Below are positions 15,839 through 25,432 of a DNA stretch of 52,228 nt, in pieces. Source of the DNA: a virus (Duplodnaviria > Caudoviricetes); the IMG/VR virus record IMGVR_UViG_3300036852_000313, positions 1 to 52,228 of that record; one strand, 5' to 3'. Below the pieces are notes generated by a model that was not told the origin of the DNA, searched no databases, and worked only from the letters and a program-made list of their open reading frames with translations. A program made the translations under genes and the position numbers. How positions within the stretch are numbered: position 1 is the stretch's first letter; each line of letters starts with the position of its first letter.

Positions 15839-16246
15839 TTACGGCTCATCCAGCTCCACATGGCCCCAATCCAAAAACGTCTCATCGCGTGGATCGAGAT
15901 TCCGATTCCAGTCGAAACCGAAGCGCACGCGCACGCCTTGGCGCCTCGCGCACACCCAGATCACGCCGTGCATGAAGGCGAAGCGCGCGATGGCGGTTGT
16001 TTTGCTGGACCAGTCGAGCGGATATGGTGCACAGTCTGCTGCGCGGCTGGGCGTCGTATTGTGGTTTCCGTACGGCCAATGAACTTTCGAGGCACCAGTT
16101 CGATATGCGGCTTCTTGCGCTGCTTGGCCGCGATGCCCCTCCAGCACAGAAAAGTCGAAATACTGAATCGCTTCGCGCAGTACGCGCTGAAGTCGTGCAT
16201 CACATGTCGCAAGCTGTCGCTGGCTTTCTGTTCCGAATATTGGCAT
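15839..16246 (-). CDS. Endolysin, peptidase M15 family
   Basis: DFSVLEGHR...Q, HN..PSRAAD, RFGFDW, DWGHVEL. Confidence 0.88.
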   Translation of the reverse strand: MPIFGTESQRQLATCDARLQRVLREAIQYFDFSVLEGHRGQAAQEAAYRTGASKVHWPYGNHNTTPSRAADCAPYPLDWSSKTTAIARFAFMHGVIWVCARRQGVRVRFGFDWNRNLDPRDETFLDWGHVELDEP

Positions 16247-16295
16247 CGTGTGTCTCGTTGTGCAAATTTGGCGCCGTGTGGCGCGCTCCTACGCC

Positions 16296-16340
16296 AACCT
16301 ATTGTGCAAGTTGCGCGCGCGCAACTCTGAGCGTTATCTT
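16296..16340. promoter_or_regulatory. Divergent sigma70-like promoters sharing palindrome GTTGCGCGCGCGCAAC (16310..16325)
   Basis: Plus: TTGCGC-N18-TATCTT-N6-GTG(16347); minus: TTGCGC-N17-TAGGTT. Confidence 0.5.
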
Positions 16341-16346
16341 GCGCGT

Positions 16347-16925
16347 GTGACAGACATCGCTGCCGCCGCGCTTGGGCTCTTGCCCGAGGGCTCGCCGCCC
16401 AATGACCGCTCAGACCGCCAAGCACTCGCGAAAACCGGGCGCCAAATCCGCTACAGTGTCACTTTGATGCCGTGGATGCTTGCGTATGCGGAATGGCTGA
16501 TACTGGAGTGCATCGAGCCGCCGAAGGCATCACTTCGCTCTGCGCGGGCTCGCGCCCTTGCACGCGCTCCGGTCAGCTCGAATCAGATCAAGCTGCTAGA
16601 GGCGCGCGATGACTTCGTGGCGTATTGCGCTGAGCTGAGTCGCGGCCCGCTGGAACGTGCGCGCGCCAAGTTCCTTGCGGCATTCCCAGATTACGTGAGC
16701 GCGCATCGCGCGGCTCTCGATGATGCCGTGGCCGCAGGTGACTACAAAGCCGTCGCGGCGATCTCCGAGCCAGTGCTGGATCGCGTGATGCCAAAGAAAA
16801 CAGAAGCGGTTGCCGCGACGCAAATCAACATCACGCTATCGCCCGAGCAGATCGCGGGTGTGACTGCGTATGAAGCGCCTGTGCTTGTAATAAGCGAGCC
16901 GCCCCCCGCGCCTCCCGAGCCATGA
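16347..16925 (+). CDS. Putative terminase small subunit
   Basis: Directly upstream of and overlapping terL; helical; C-terminal QINITL. Confidence 0.55.
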   Translation: MTDIAAAALGLLPEGSPPNDRSDRQALAKTGRQIRYSVTLMPWMLAYAEWLILECIEPPKASLRSARARALARAPVSSNQIKLLEARDDFVAYCAELSRGPLERARAKFLAAFPDYVSAHRAALDDAVAAGDYKAVAAISEPVLDRVMPKKTEAVAATQINITLSPEQIAGVTAYEAPVLVISEPPPAPPEP

Positions 16926-18583
16926 CTGCCCCAGCGCAATCAGACACGCTCAGCTTCGTGGCGGGCGACGCTACATGGTATACATACCGCAAGCGCGCAC
17001 TGACCGATTTGTACTGGTTTGGTTCTGTGGTGCTTGGGCTCGGCTCACTCGTCCCGATGTACGAGCACACACATCGCGCGCTGTGCCGCATCGCTGAGGG
17101 CCGCACCGGCCACGCCGCGCTCGACGACGCGCATGTGCAGCGTTTGGAGCTTCCACGCGATTGGGGCAAAACGTCTACGATTACGCGCGCATTGGCTATC
17201 CAGCTCATTTGCGGGAATCCAGATATCAGCATTTTGCTCTGCAACGAGCGCGAGCAAAATGCGAAAGATTTTCTCAAGGCGATTCAATGGCACTTTGAGT
17301 CGAACGATTTCTTGCGCGCGCTGTTCCCTGAAATCATCCCCAAAGATTTCAATGCTACGACGTGGAGCGCGAGCCGCTTTATTGTGCCGCGCACCACGGG
17401 GCGCCAAGAGCCCACGATGTTCGTCGCGGGCGTCGGTGGCACCGTTACCGGCATGCACCCAGACGTTGTGATCGTGGACGACATGATCTCGCGCGAGGCG
17501 ATGGAGAACGCGCGTGCAGGCTCATGGCAAATTATGCACCAGACAAATCGTTGGATCAATCAGCTTCGTCCGCTGTTGTCGAAGCAATACGACCGCTGGC
17601 GCATCTATTTCATAGGCACGCGCTGGTGGCACGGAGACAGCTACGACCACATCGCGCTCGCGTACGGCTACGGTGAGGCCGAGACAACGTACACGCTACG
17701 CCTGCCGCTATCGAGCGGCGAAGTCCAAGTGCTGACCGCGACACGCGCGGGTGACCTCGTAACGTTTAAACGTTCTGCTATCGAGAACGGGCGGTCCAGC
17801 TTCCCCGAGAAGTGGTCGCTGGAAGATTTGGCGAAAATGCGTCTCGTGGACGAGGCGTTGTTCGCGTGCAACATGATGAACAATCCGAGCGACGAACGCA
17901 CCGCGACCTTCAAAGAAAGCTGGCTCAAATACTATGATTGGTTGAGCGAGCATCAACTTACGTTCACGGACGGCGCAGGCGCAAAGCGCATCCTTGCGCT
18001 GGCTGATCTCGACGTACTGATGTTCGTCGATCCAGGCGGCTTCGCGCTCCGTCAAGTCGAGGACCGCGCACGCCCAGCGGTTGCTGTCGTGGGCGACGAC
18101 CGCCGAGGCACGTATCTCGTGCTCGATATCTACAACGAAAAGGACACGTTCCTGGCCGCGATTCAGCAGATCGTGGCGTGGTGTACGCGATACAACCCGC
18201 GCAAAATCTATGTCGAGCGCGCAGGCCAGCAGGCGGCGTTCGCGGCGCTGCTTCGCGAGGAACTGCGCAAGGTGGGTTTGGCTGTCGTCGTGGACGATAC
18301 GACACTCAAGCCGGGCGTCACACAGAAGGAAGTGCGCATCCTTGCGCTGGAGCCGTACTTTCAGCGAGGTCAGATCGTTGTCGGCAAGGGCGCCGCGTTC
18401 CACACGTTCCGTGAGCAATACACGCAATTTCCTCGCACCGCCCGCTTCGACGTGCTGGATGTATTGGCGTACTTGCCGCGCGCCGTCAAGCCGCGCGCCG
18501 GTTCCGGCGCGCGCTCACAAAGTGACCGCCAAAACGAGGAATTGGCGGTGTATCGAGCGCGTCGGGGGCTGAGCGCCTCTTAG
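16922..18583 (+). CDS. terL: Terminase large subunit
   Basis: LPRDWGKTS, TGMHPDVVIVDD, IGTRW, MMNNP, FVDPG, FPRTARFDVLDVLAY. Confidence 0.93.
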   Translation: MTAPAQSDTLSFVAGDATWYTYRKRALTDLYWFGSVVLGLGSLVPMYEHTHRALCRIAEGRTGHAALDDAHVQRLELPRDWGKTSTITRALAIQLICGNPDISILLCNEREQNAKDFLKAIQWHFESNDFLRALFPEIIPKDFNATTWSASRFIVPRTTGRQEPTMFVAGVGGTVTGMHPDVVIVDDMISREAMENARAGSWQIMHQTNRWINQLRPLLSKQYDRWRIYFIGTRWWHGDSYDHIALAYGYGEAETTYTLRLPLSSGEVQVLTATRAGDLVTFKRSAIENGRSSFPEKWSLEDLAKMRLVDEALFACNMMNNPSDERTATFKESWLKYYDWLSEHQLTFTDGAGAKRILALADLDVLMFVDPGGFALRQVEDRARPAVAVVGDDRRGTYLVLDIYNEKDTFLAAIQQIVAWCTRYNPRKIYVERAGQQAAFAALLREELRKVGLAVVVDDTTLKPGVTQKEVRILALEPYFQRGQIVVGKGAAFHTFREQYTQFPRTARFDVLDVLAYLPRAVKPRAGSGARSQSDRQNEELAVYRARRGLSAS

Positions 18584-18600
18584 GCAGCATTTCCTGCCTA
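18580..18600 (+). terminator. Hairpin after terL (no U-tract)
   Basis: TAGGCAG-catttc-CTGCCTA. Confidence 0.35.
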
Positions 18601-18616
18601 GATGGCACACAGTATC

Positions 18617-18645
18617 TTGCGCTCAAACTGCGCTTTGGCTACGTT
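18617..18645 (+). promoter_or_regulatory. Sigma70-like promoter, probably leaderless
   Basis: TTGCGC-N17-TACGTT-N5-ATG(18651). Confidence 0.45.
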
Positions 18646-18650
18646 GTGTT

Positions 18651-19148
18651 ATGCCTGGCCCCAAGCCCAAACGCCGTGCGACGCGCGCCGACACAACGCG
18701 GCTTAAGGCCGAGGTTGTCGCAAACGACAGCGCGTATCGAAGCCTACGACGCGGCTCTGTGACAGCCAGCGGAAATGTTGCCGATGTGCTTGATCGTGCC
18801 GCGAAAAGCGCCTTTAACACAGCGACCGCCAAACAGGATACGCTAACCATGCTACGAAAAGCCGCGCCGCAAGGTACGCACAAAAGCTTCGCTAAAAATG
18901 TGGACGCCTTCGACGGCACCGCGACGACTAGCGAATCCGCGCCAAAACCTACGCATGTCAGCATTCCGCGCGGAAATCCGACGCCTGACACGTTGCCGCG
19001 TGCTGTTGGCTCGCCTGTGCGCGGCGCCACTGGCACCGACAACATTCGCGCGAACTACGCGACGTTTGAAGCAGGCAGCACACGCCCCGCCAGCTCGACA
19101 GGACGCGGCCCAGCCGCACCGCAGCACTTTGACGACGCGAGCGTATAG
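18651..19148 (+). CDS. Basic, disordered hypothetical protein
   Basis: 165 aa between terL and portal. Confidence 0.6.
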   Translation: MPGPKPKRRATRADTTRLKAEVVANDSAYRSLRRGSVTASGNVADVLDRAAKSAFNTATAKQDTLTMLRKAAPQGTHKSFAKNVDAFDGTATTSESAPKPTHVSIPRGNPTPDTLPRAVGSPVRGATGTDNIRANYATFEAGSTRPASSTGRGPAAPQHFDDASV

Positions 19149-19149
19149 T

Positions 19150-19335
19150 ATGCGCTCCAAAAAGCAACGTCGTAGCAGCGGCAAGCCTATCAGCGCTCAG
19201 ATTCTCAATACGCGCAACGCCACCAGCGGCTCTGGTCCAGATAAGCGCGATGGTCGCGCGCGCCCTGACACGCCTACGCGCAGTCCGGTCACGCCCGTTG
19301 ACGCGCAGGCTCGCGTAATCAAGACGCGCAGCTAG
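19150..19335 (+). CDS. Small basic protein
   Basis: MRSKKQRRSSGKP... 61 aa filling the gap before portal. Confidence 0.45.
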   Translation: MRSKKQRRSSGKPISAQILNTRNATSGSGPDKRDGRARPDTPTRSPVTPVDAQARVIKTRS

Positions 19336-19338
19336 GCT

Positions 19339-21366
19339 GTGCCCGAGAAAATTGTTTGGGGCGTTGGTCGAGAAGCTGCCTTTATTGCGCAGATCGACCA
19401 CGAGTTGCGCGAAGCTCAGGACGCGCGCGTTGGCCTCGATGCACAACACCGAGAATGGCTAGCGCAGTATCGCACAAGCGCGAAGCCCGCACTCAAAAAG
19501 TTTCCGTACGACGGCGCCGCGAACTACACGCTTCCGCTGACCGCCATCGACGTAGATGTGCTCTACGCGCGTTTCATGCAAACCATTCATGCGCCTGAAA
19601 ACATCTGGACGGTTTCTGCGCTCAACGAGCGTTGGGTTTCGACCGCGAAACCGTTGCAAGACTTTCTCGAAGTGCTCGACAAGCGCGTGCTTCGCATGTA
19701 CAACGTCAATAAGCGCGTGTTTCTGGAGACGGTCAAGCTTGGCACCGGCATCTACAAGACCGGCTGGAATTACGAGCGCCGCACTGTCTGGGGCTACGAC
19801 GACGCCGGGCGCCGCCAACAGCAAATGCGCACCACCAGCGCACCCTTTGTCGATCACGTTCGGCTTGCAGATTTCCTCTTTCCGGCGTACGCATACGCGA
19901 TTCAGCCCGATGAGCAAGGAGGGGCACCGTGGGTCGCGGAGCGTATTCGCGTTCCACTTGGACGGCTGTTTTCTCTCGCGGAAGCCAGCGAGCCGTTTTT
20001 GCCCAACATCGACAAAGCGACTGTCGAGTTCATCGCAAAGTTTGAGGAAGCCGAGAAGCCGCCTGCCGACATCGCGCGCCAAGAGCTTGATTACGACCAG
20101 CGTTCGCGCGGCGGTAGTGCAACCAAGCTTAGCGACGACAGCTTCGACCGCGACCGTGAATCCGGCACACCCGCTGGCGCATCGCGTATGCGCCCGCATG
20201 AAGTCGAGCTGTGGGAGCTTCACGCACGCTTCCCCACGAAATCTAGTGCCTCCGAGGATGATATCGTTGTTTGGTATCATCAGCCGACGCGCAAGATCGT
20301 GCGTGGGGTCTACGCATATTTGCACCACGGTCGCCGCCCCTACGACAAAATCGTCTACTTCCCTGGCGACGGTTTCTGGGGCATTGGCATCTGCGAGCAA
20401 AAGGAAATGTTTCAGGCGCTCGGCAGCGAGTTGATGAACTTCACGATTGACAACGTGTTGCTCGCGAATTCGCGCATGATCGTCGCGCAAGCGGGTGCGA
20501 ACATCGGTCCCAACGAGCCGATATACCCGTACAAAGTGTGGCTGACTGAAGGCGACGTGCGCCAGCAATTTGGCGTATTCCCGATGGCAGACATCTACCC
20601 CAGCCTGCCGATGGTTCAGCAAGGCATTGCCGCGCTTGGCGAAAAGCGCACGGGCATCGGTGACTTGCAGCTTGCGCAGCTCAACGAGCTGCCGGGACGC
20701 ACACCCGCCGCCACGATGCAGTCGTTGCTTGCCGAGGGCAGCCGTCGCCCAGACCTGACTATCCGCGATATGCGTAACGAAGGTCTGAGCATCGTTGGAT
20801 TGCGCGTGCTTCAGCTCTGCCAGCAGTTCATTTCGTCGCCGGTCGATCTAGAGGGCCGGACGTGGCTGCGCATGCTGACTGACGTGTTGGGCATGCCAGA
20901 GGGCGCCGAAGTCGGCAAGAAGCTCGCGATGCCGCTGGAGCCTGTCGAGTTTGGCGTAGGCGTCTCGCTGACTGCAACTTCTGGCTCTGCCAACAAGGAA
21001 GTCGAGCGTCAGGGCGCGCTGTCGCTGTTGCAACTCGCTGGGCAAATCGGCCCGCAGTTTATCCAGCTCATTCAGGTCGCGACGCAAGCGCAGGGCACGC
21101 CAGTTGGCGAAGTCGCGCTCAACGTCGCGCGTGGTATGCAGGAAATGTACAAACGCACACTGGAGCAATTCGATGTCAGGAACCTGGACGACGTTCTCCC
21201 GCTGGCTGACGCCGTGGCTCCACAAGGCGGCGCCAACGGCGCTCCCGCTGGGCCTAACGGAGCAGGAAATTTCGGCGCTCCGACAGCTCCGTTCGACCCC
21301 GCACTGGCGGCACTATTCGCTGGTTTTGTCTCGGGTGGCGGAGCAGCAGGCGGCGGAGTTGGTTAG
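19339..21366 (+). CDS. Portal protein
   Basis: 675 aa after terL; LGTGIYKTGW, FWGIGI, EKRTGIGD, RTPAAT patterns. Confidence 0.88.
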   Translation: MPEKIVWGVGREAAFIAQIDHELREAQDARVGLDAQHREWLAQYRTSAKPALKKFPYDGAANYTLPLTAIDVDVLYARFMQTIHAPENIWTVSALNERWVSTAKPLQDFLEVLDKRVLRMYNVNKRVFLETVKLGTGIYKTGWNYERRTVWGYDDAGRRQQQMRTTSAPFVDHVRLADFLFPAYAYAIQPDEQGGAPWVAERIRVPLGRLFSLAEASEPFLPNIDKATVEFIAKFEEAEKPPADIARQELDYDQRSRGGSATKLSDDSFDRDRESGTPAGASRMRPHEVELWELHARFPTKSSASEDDIVVWYHQPTRKIVRGVYAYLHHGRRPYDKIVYFPGDGFWGIGICEQKEMFQALGSELMNFTIDNVLLANSRMIVAQAGANIGPNEPIYPYKVWLTEGDVRQQFGVFPMADIYPSLPMVQQGIAALGEKRTGIGDLQLAQLNELPGRTPAATMQSLLAEGSRRPDLTIRDMRNEGLSIVGLRVLQLCQQFISSPVDLEGRTWLRMLTDVLGMPEGAEVGKKLAMPLEPVEFGVGVSLTATSGSANKEVERQGALSLLQLAGQIGPQFIQLIQVATQAQGTPVGEVALNVARGMQEMYKRTLEQFDVRNLDDVLPLADAVAPQGGANGAPAGPNGAGNFGAPTAPFDPALAALFAGFVSGGGAAGGGVG

Positions 21367-21592
21367 CGGACTTTCGCATGACCGTTATTTATTCGCGTGC
21401 GGCGCGCTAACCGCGCTTCGCCGTGTTTACACACTGGTGGACGACTTGATCGCCACCGCAACCAAACTTGAGGAGATTACCAATGCCCGCACTTCCGACA
21501 GCGCCAGTAGGGCCCAGCGAGCCGCAAGCACCTTCGTCAATACCCCCTGGTACGACGGATGGCGCGCCGAAACCTTGGCGCGCGGGCGCTGA
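21173..21592 (+). CDS. Portal-adjacent small helical protein, overlapping portal and scaffold genes
   Basis: GGAG 7 nt before ATG 21173; LRQLRSTPHWRHY...YLFACGALTALRRV. Confidence 0.6.
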   Translation: MSGTWTTFSRWLTPWLHKAAPTALPLGLTEQEISALRQLRSTPHWRHYSLVLSRVAEQQAAELVSGLSHDRYLFACGALTALRRVYTLVDDLIATATKLEEITNARTSDSASRAQRAASTFVNTPWYDGWRAETLARGR

Positions 21593-22256
21593 CGCTTCCG
21601 CGTGGGCACGAGGCAAAACGGCAGAAGAAATTCTCGGCATCGCAAACACGCTGGTGGATATGTACAAGAATGTCGGAGCGCCAACGGCGCCAGCCACCAC
21701 GCCTGTTACTCCTACGGAGTCCGAAATCGCCGACGATGAATACGTCAGCGGTGCGCAGCTTAAGCGAATGCTGGCTGCGCGACCGCAGGACACTTCGGGA
21801 ATCGAGCTTGCCGCATCCACAAATCTCAGCATCGTGCAGAACCAGCACGCATCCGATTTCGCCAAGTACGGCGCCGAGATCAACGCGCTGATCGCGCGTG
21901 TGCCAGCCAACCTGCGCACGCTTGACAATCTGAAGCAATGTGTTAAAATGGTACGTAGCGACCACGTAGACGAGATTGTGAGCGAGCGTGCTCAGCAACT
22001 CGCATCTACCATGGAGCCGACGCTGCGCTCAAACGGAGCCGCAGCCCCGCCTACCCCGGTCACGCGCGAGTATTCGCTGGAGTCCGAGAAGATTCCCGCT
22101 GAGTGGAGAAAACGCGCGCAAGCAGCCGGAGTGACAGAGCGCGTGGTGGACGAATTCTGCCGCGCCAATGACATGACTCCAGAGGCGTTCTACAAGCAAT
22201 TCGACACGCCGCTGAATCGCATTGTCGAAGATGTTCCAACGCGCCGTGAGGCGTAG
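21483..22256 (+). CDS. Putative scaffolding protein
   Basis: GAGGAG RBS; Pro-rich N-terminus, helical, before the capsid genes. Confidence 0.65.
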   Translation: MPALPTAPVGPSEPQAPSSIPPGTTDGAPKPWRAGADASAWARGKTAEEILGIANTLVDMYKNVGAPTAPATTPVTPTESEIADDEYVSGAQLKRMLAARPQDTSGIELAASTNLSIVQNQHASDFAKYGAEINALIARVPANLRTLDNLKQCVKMVRSDHVDEIVSERAQQLASTMEPTLRSNGAAAPPTPVTREYSLESEKIPAEWRKRAQAAGVTERVVDEFCRANDMTPEAFYKQFDTPLNRIVEDVPTRREA

Positions 22257-22267
22257 GCAGGCAAAGC

Positions 22268-22819
22268 ATGGCAAAGCGTCCGCTGGTTGCAGCGACAATT
22301 CGCACCGAATTCGGCGATGTGCTCGATGAGCCCGCGTTTCACGACATCGCGGGCTCGGCCAACGATCTGACCTACGTGCCGGGCTTCAGCGACATGCGGC
22401 GCGCCCGCGACCTGGAGCTTGCAGCAGTCGCAAGCGGTCAGAAGCCAAAACACGAAGCCAAACTGACGCCACTGCCCGTCAACGTGCGGTGGACGCGCTC
22501 TACCACGCCGAAAGGCGCACCGGATGGGCGCAAGCAAATTTCAACGGCGAACCTCGGTTATCGCACAGCCAACAAAGACCAGATCGGAAAAACTGACTGG
22601 CTGACTGCGCTGCCGCCAGGCGCCACCATCGAAGCCGATGGCTCGATCCGCAAGGGCGACACGATTTTGATGGTCACTGACGGTAAGACCGCTGCGCGTA
22701 ACGCCGCTCGCAAGGCTGTGCTAACGCAAAGAATGTCCGAAGATGTCGGCGCCGCCGCAGGCGGGCTGCTCACGCTCAACAAGCCCGGCACGGACGCCTA
22801 CGTGCGCAAGGAGGCATAA
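22268..22819 (+). CDS. Hypothetical head-module protein
   Basis: 183 aa; VRW...GY...IRKGDTILM. Confidence 0.7.
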   Translation: MAKRPLVAATIRTEFGDVLDEPAFHDIAGSANDLTYVPGFSDMRRARDLELAAVASGQKPKHEAKLTPLPVNVRWTRSTTPKGAPDGRKQISTANLGYRTANKDQIGKTDWLTALPPGATIEADGSIRKGDTILMVTDGKTAARNAARKAVLTQRMSEDVGAAAGGLLTLNKPGTDAYVRKEA

Positions 22820-23299
22820 ATGGCATACGGACTTATTCCCGCGCGCGGCAATTGGGAAAGCCGCTGGTTTGAGACAGCGAGTGCTGCAACGTATCCGAAA
22901 GGCTCTGCCGTCAACTTCGATGACGCCTATCGGCTCAAGGAATATGCCTCGACCGATTCACAGGTCGTTGGCATTGCTGCCTCATACAGCACACAGTCCA
23001 CGTCGATTCGTGGCCTGAACATGGTGCAGGTCTATGTGCCCGCGCCCGGTTGCACTGCGTACAGCGACGTGACGACCGGCGTTACACAGTCGGCGCTCAG
23101 CATCGGCAAGAAAATTTGCCTGTACAAACAGGGCGATTATGCCTCGTATGCTTCATCGCTCATCGGGCATTCATCGCGCTTCAGCGGCGTTGCTCAAGTC
23201 GTCGGCCCCATCGACGCTACGAGATCGCGCGTCGAGATTGCATTTAACACCGAAGGCGTCGCGTTCTACAGCACGTCGTCTGTCACCTTCGCCAGCTAA
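22820..23299 (+). CDS. Putative capsid decoration/cement protein
   Basis: MAYGLIP..., KGSAVNF, VVGIAAS; directly before the capsid gene. Confidence 0.6.
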   Translation: MAYGLIPARGNWESRWFETASAATYPKGSAVNFDDAYRLKEYASTDSQVVGIAASYSTQSTSIRGLNMVQVYVPAPGCTAYSDVTTGVTQSALSIGKKICLYKQGDYASYASSLIGHSSRFSGVAQVVGPIDATRSRVEIAFNTEGVAFYSTSSVTFAS

Positions 23300-23311
23300 G
23301 GAGGCGTCCAA

Positions 23312-24226
23312 ATGATTACTCGCTCACAGGCGCTTTCGTTGCTGGAGCCCAAGCTCAGCAACATCTGGAACGAAGCTTATCCGCAGCGCCCCGTCGAGTA
23401 CACGAGCTTCGTGAACATTCGCGAAGCCAAAAAGCGCACCGTCACCGACTTCAAGCTGTCGGACTTCGGCCCGCTGCGTCTCAAGGGCGAAGGCGAAGCC
23501 ATCGTCTACGATGATGCGCTGTTCGGCCCCGAGAAGTCGTACACCCCTGTGCGTTTCGCCGAGGGCTACAAAGTCACGCAGGAAATGATCGACCACGAGC
23601 TGTACGGGCAGGTCGAGAAATTCGAGCGCGCCCTTATCAAGTCGGCGATTGATTTGCAGGAAGTCACGGCGGCGCTGATCCTGAACAGCGGATTCGGCAC
23701 GACGAATTCCGATGGCTTCAGCTCGACTGGCTTCGACAGCCTTCAGCTTTTCTCGACGGCGCACACGCGCCTCGACGGCGGCGCAGTGTTGCGCAACCGT
23801 CCAAGCACCGATGTGGACCTCGGCGTCACCGGGCTCCAAAACGCCCTGATCGACTGGCACACGCAAAACCTCGATGAGCGCGGTCGCCCGCAGCTCATTC
23901 GCCCGAAGCTCCTGATTATCAGCCCGAGCGACCTGTTTACGGCGCGCGAACTGCTTCAGTCAGAATTCAAGCCCGGTACCGCGAACAACGAGATCAACGC
24001 ACTCCGCGAGGAGGGCTTGAGCTTCATGGTGTCGCACTACACGACCGACACCGACGCTTGGTATCTCATTGGCGATCAACACGACCTGAACTTCCTTTGG
24101 GACGTGCGCCCGCGTGGTGGCATGGAGGAGGACTTCGACACCGAAGTCATCAAGCGCAAGGTGGTTGAAGGGTTCATGGCCGGTCACGGCGAGTGGCGTG
24201 GGGCGTGGGGCACGAGCGGAGGCTAA
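23312..24226 (+). CDS. Major capsid protein (Mu gpT-like, HK97 fold)
   Basis: LKGEGEAIVYD, VTQEMI, DSLQLFSTAH, PKLLIISP, NNEINAL, TDTDAWYL, WRGAWGTSG. Confidence 0.9.
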   Translation: MITRSQALSLLEPKLSNIWNEAYPQRPVEYTSFVNIREAKKRTVTDFKLSDFGPLRLKGEGEAIVYDDALFGPEKSYTPVRFAEGYKVTQEMIDHELYGQVEKFERALIKSAIDLQEVTAALILNSGFGTTNSDGFSSTGFDSLQLFSTAHTRLDGGAVLRNRPSTDVDLGVTGLQNALIDWHTQNLDERGRPQLIRPKLLIISPSDLFTARELLQSEFKPGTANNEINALREEGLSFMVSHYTTDTDAWYLIGDQHDLNFLWDVRPRGGMEEDFDTEVIKRKVVEGFMAGHGEWRGAWGTSGG

Positions 24227-24229
24227 GCC

Positions 24230-24625
24230 ATGGCTGGAAACATTTCCGACCAAACCACGGTACTCAGCAACGTTTCGCTGACGGGGAATCTCGCGTTTGA
24301 CTCGACACTCAACGTGTCGGGCACGTCTAGCTCGCGCGTCACTGCCGCGACGGTATGGGCGACTTCACAGGTCACGACACCGAACGTTAGCGCCATTTCG
24401 TTGCAGGTCGTGGGCGGTGTGCAGGCGTCGGGCGTCACGTTCGACATGCGCACCAACGAGGTCATTCCGTCCTCGGTCACGTATGCGGGCGGCGCCTCAA
24501 TCTCCGGCTTGACCATCGGCCAGTGGGGCTTCGTGTTCAATGCATCTGGCTTCAGCATCGCGTTCTCCAGCGGCAAGTCGGCGTACTTTTTCGGCGGCAG
24601 CACACTCAGCGCAGCGATCACGTAG
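24230..24625 (+). CDS. Ser/Thr-rich virion protein
   Basis: Beta-rich, follows the capsid gene. Confidence 0.65.
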   Translation: MAGNISDQTTVLSNVSLTGNLAFDSTLNVSGTSSSRVTAATVWATSQVTTPNVSAISLQVVGGVQASGVTFDMRTNEVIPSSVTYAGGASISGLTIGQWGFVFNASGFSIAFSSGKSAYFFGGSTLSAAIT

Positions 24626-24636
24626 GCGAGACGCAT

Positions 24637-24969
24637 ATGGCGCTTCCGCTGGCGTTTCGGCACACTGCGCTCGGCGTTGATACGTCGAACCTGACTGGCG
24701 CCCCGCTGTTGGTTGCGGACTGGCGCCAGATCACGCTGAGCATCGTCACGCAAACCACGACCGCGAGCCAGTTCACTGTCATCGGCACCAATGAGGACGG
24801 ACTTCAGGCTGCGCTCTCGACGCCATCCCAGACCGTCAACGGTGCGTGGAGCATCTTGACGACACTCACCGGGCAAGGCATATACGAGTTATCCCCCGGC
24901 TTCCGCTGGCTGAACGTGTTTCGGCCCAGCGCCTCCAGCGCAACGGTGGTGTTCGCAGGGCGGACCTAA
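24637..24969 (+). CDS. Small beta-sandwich virion protein
   Basis: MALPLAFRH...FTVIGTNED...PGFRWLNV. Confidence 0.65.
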   Translation: MALPLAFRHTALGVDTSNLTGAPLLVADWRQITLSIVTQTTTASQFTVIGTNEDGLQAALSTPSQTVNGAWSILTTLTGQGIYELSPGFRWLNVFRPSASSATVVFAGRT

Positions 24970-24970
24970 C

Positions 24971-25423
24971 ATGTGCGCGATGGTCGCGCAGTTTATGGTG
25001 CGGTCGGTAGACTCGATTGGTGGCGCAGGCAGCACAAGCACAGTTACAGCCGACACCACAGGAGAACTGCTGTTTGGTGGCATCACTACCGTTGCCACGA
25101 GCAGTTTCGGTGCGCTTAACACAAGCTCGTTGCATGCCACCGAAGTGAATCGTGTCTCGCCTATACCAAGCGCAATCACTATACTAGGACTACTTGCTCA
25201 CATAGATAACTCTGGTGGAGCATCGCGGCAAAGTGTTACGGTGCGCAAAAACTATGCAGCCTCGGCGCTGTCAGTCAGCGTTGCTGCCGGAGCCGCTATG
25301 CAAATTGCAGAAAACTATGCTTCGGCGCTCACATTCGCGCTGGGGGATACCTTCGATCTTCTTTTTCAGTCTGGTGGTAGTCCATCCTTTTGTTCGGGTG
25401 TGGGCATTGTTATTCAAGCCTAA
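24971..25423 (+). CDS. Beta-sandwich protein, paralog 1 of 3
   Basis: TVRKNYAASALSVSVAAG...LTFALGDTFDL. Confidence 0.65.
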   Translation: MCAMVAQFMVRSVDSIGGAGSTSTVTADTTGELLFGGITTVATSSFGALNTSSLHATEVNRVSPIPSAITILGLLAHIDNSGGASRQSVTVRKNYAASALSVSVAAGAAMQIAENYASALTFALGDTFDLLFQSGGSPSFCSGVGIVIQA

Positions 25424-25432
25424 CGAGGCGCT

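Noticed and set aside
18602-18620. Sigma-54 promoter TGGCAC...TTGC
   Set aside because: GG-GC spacing is 3 nt too long
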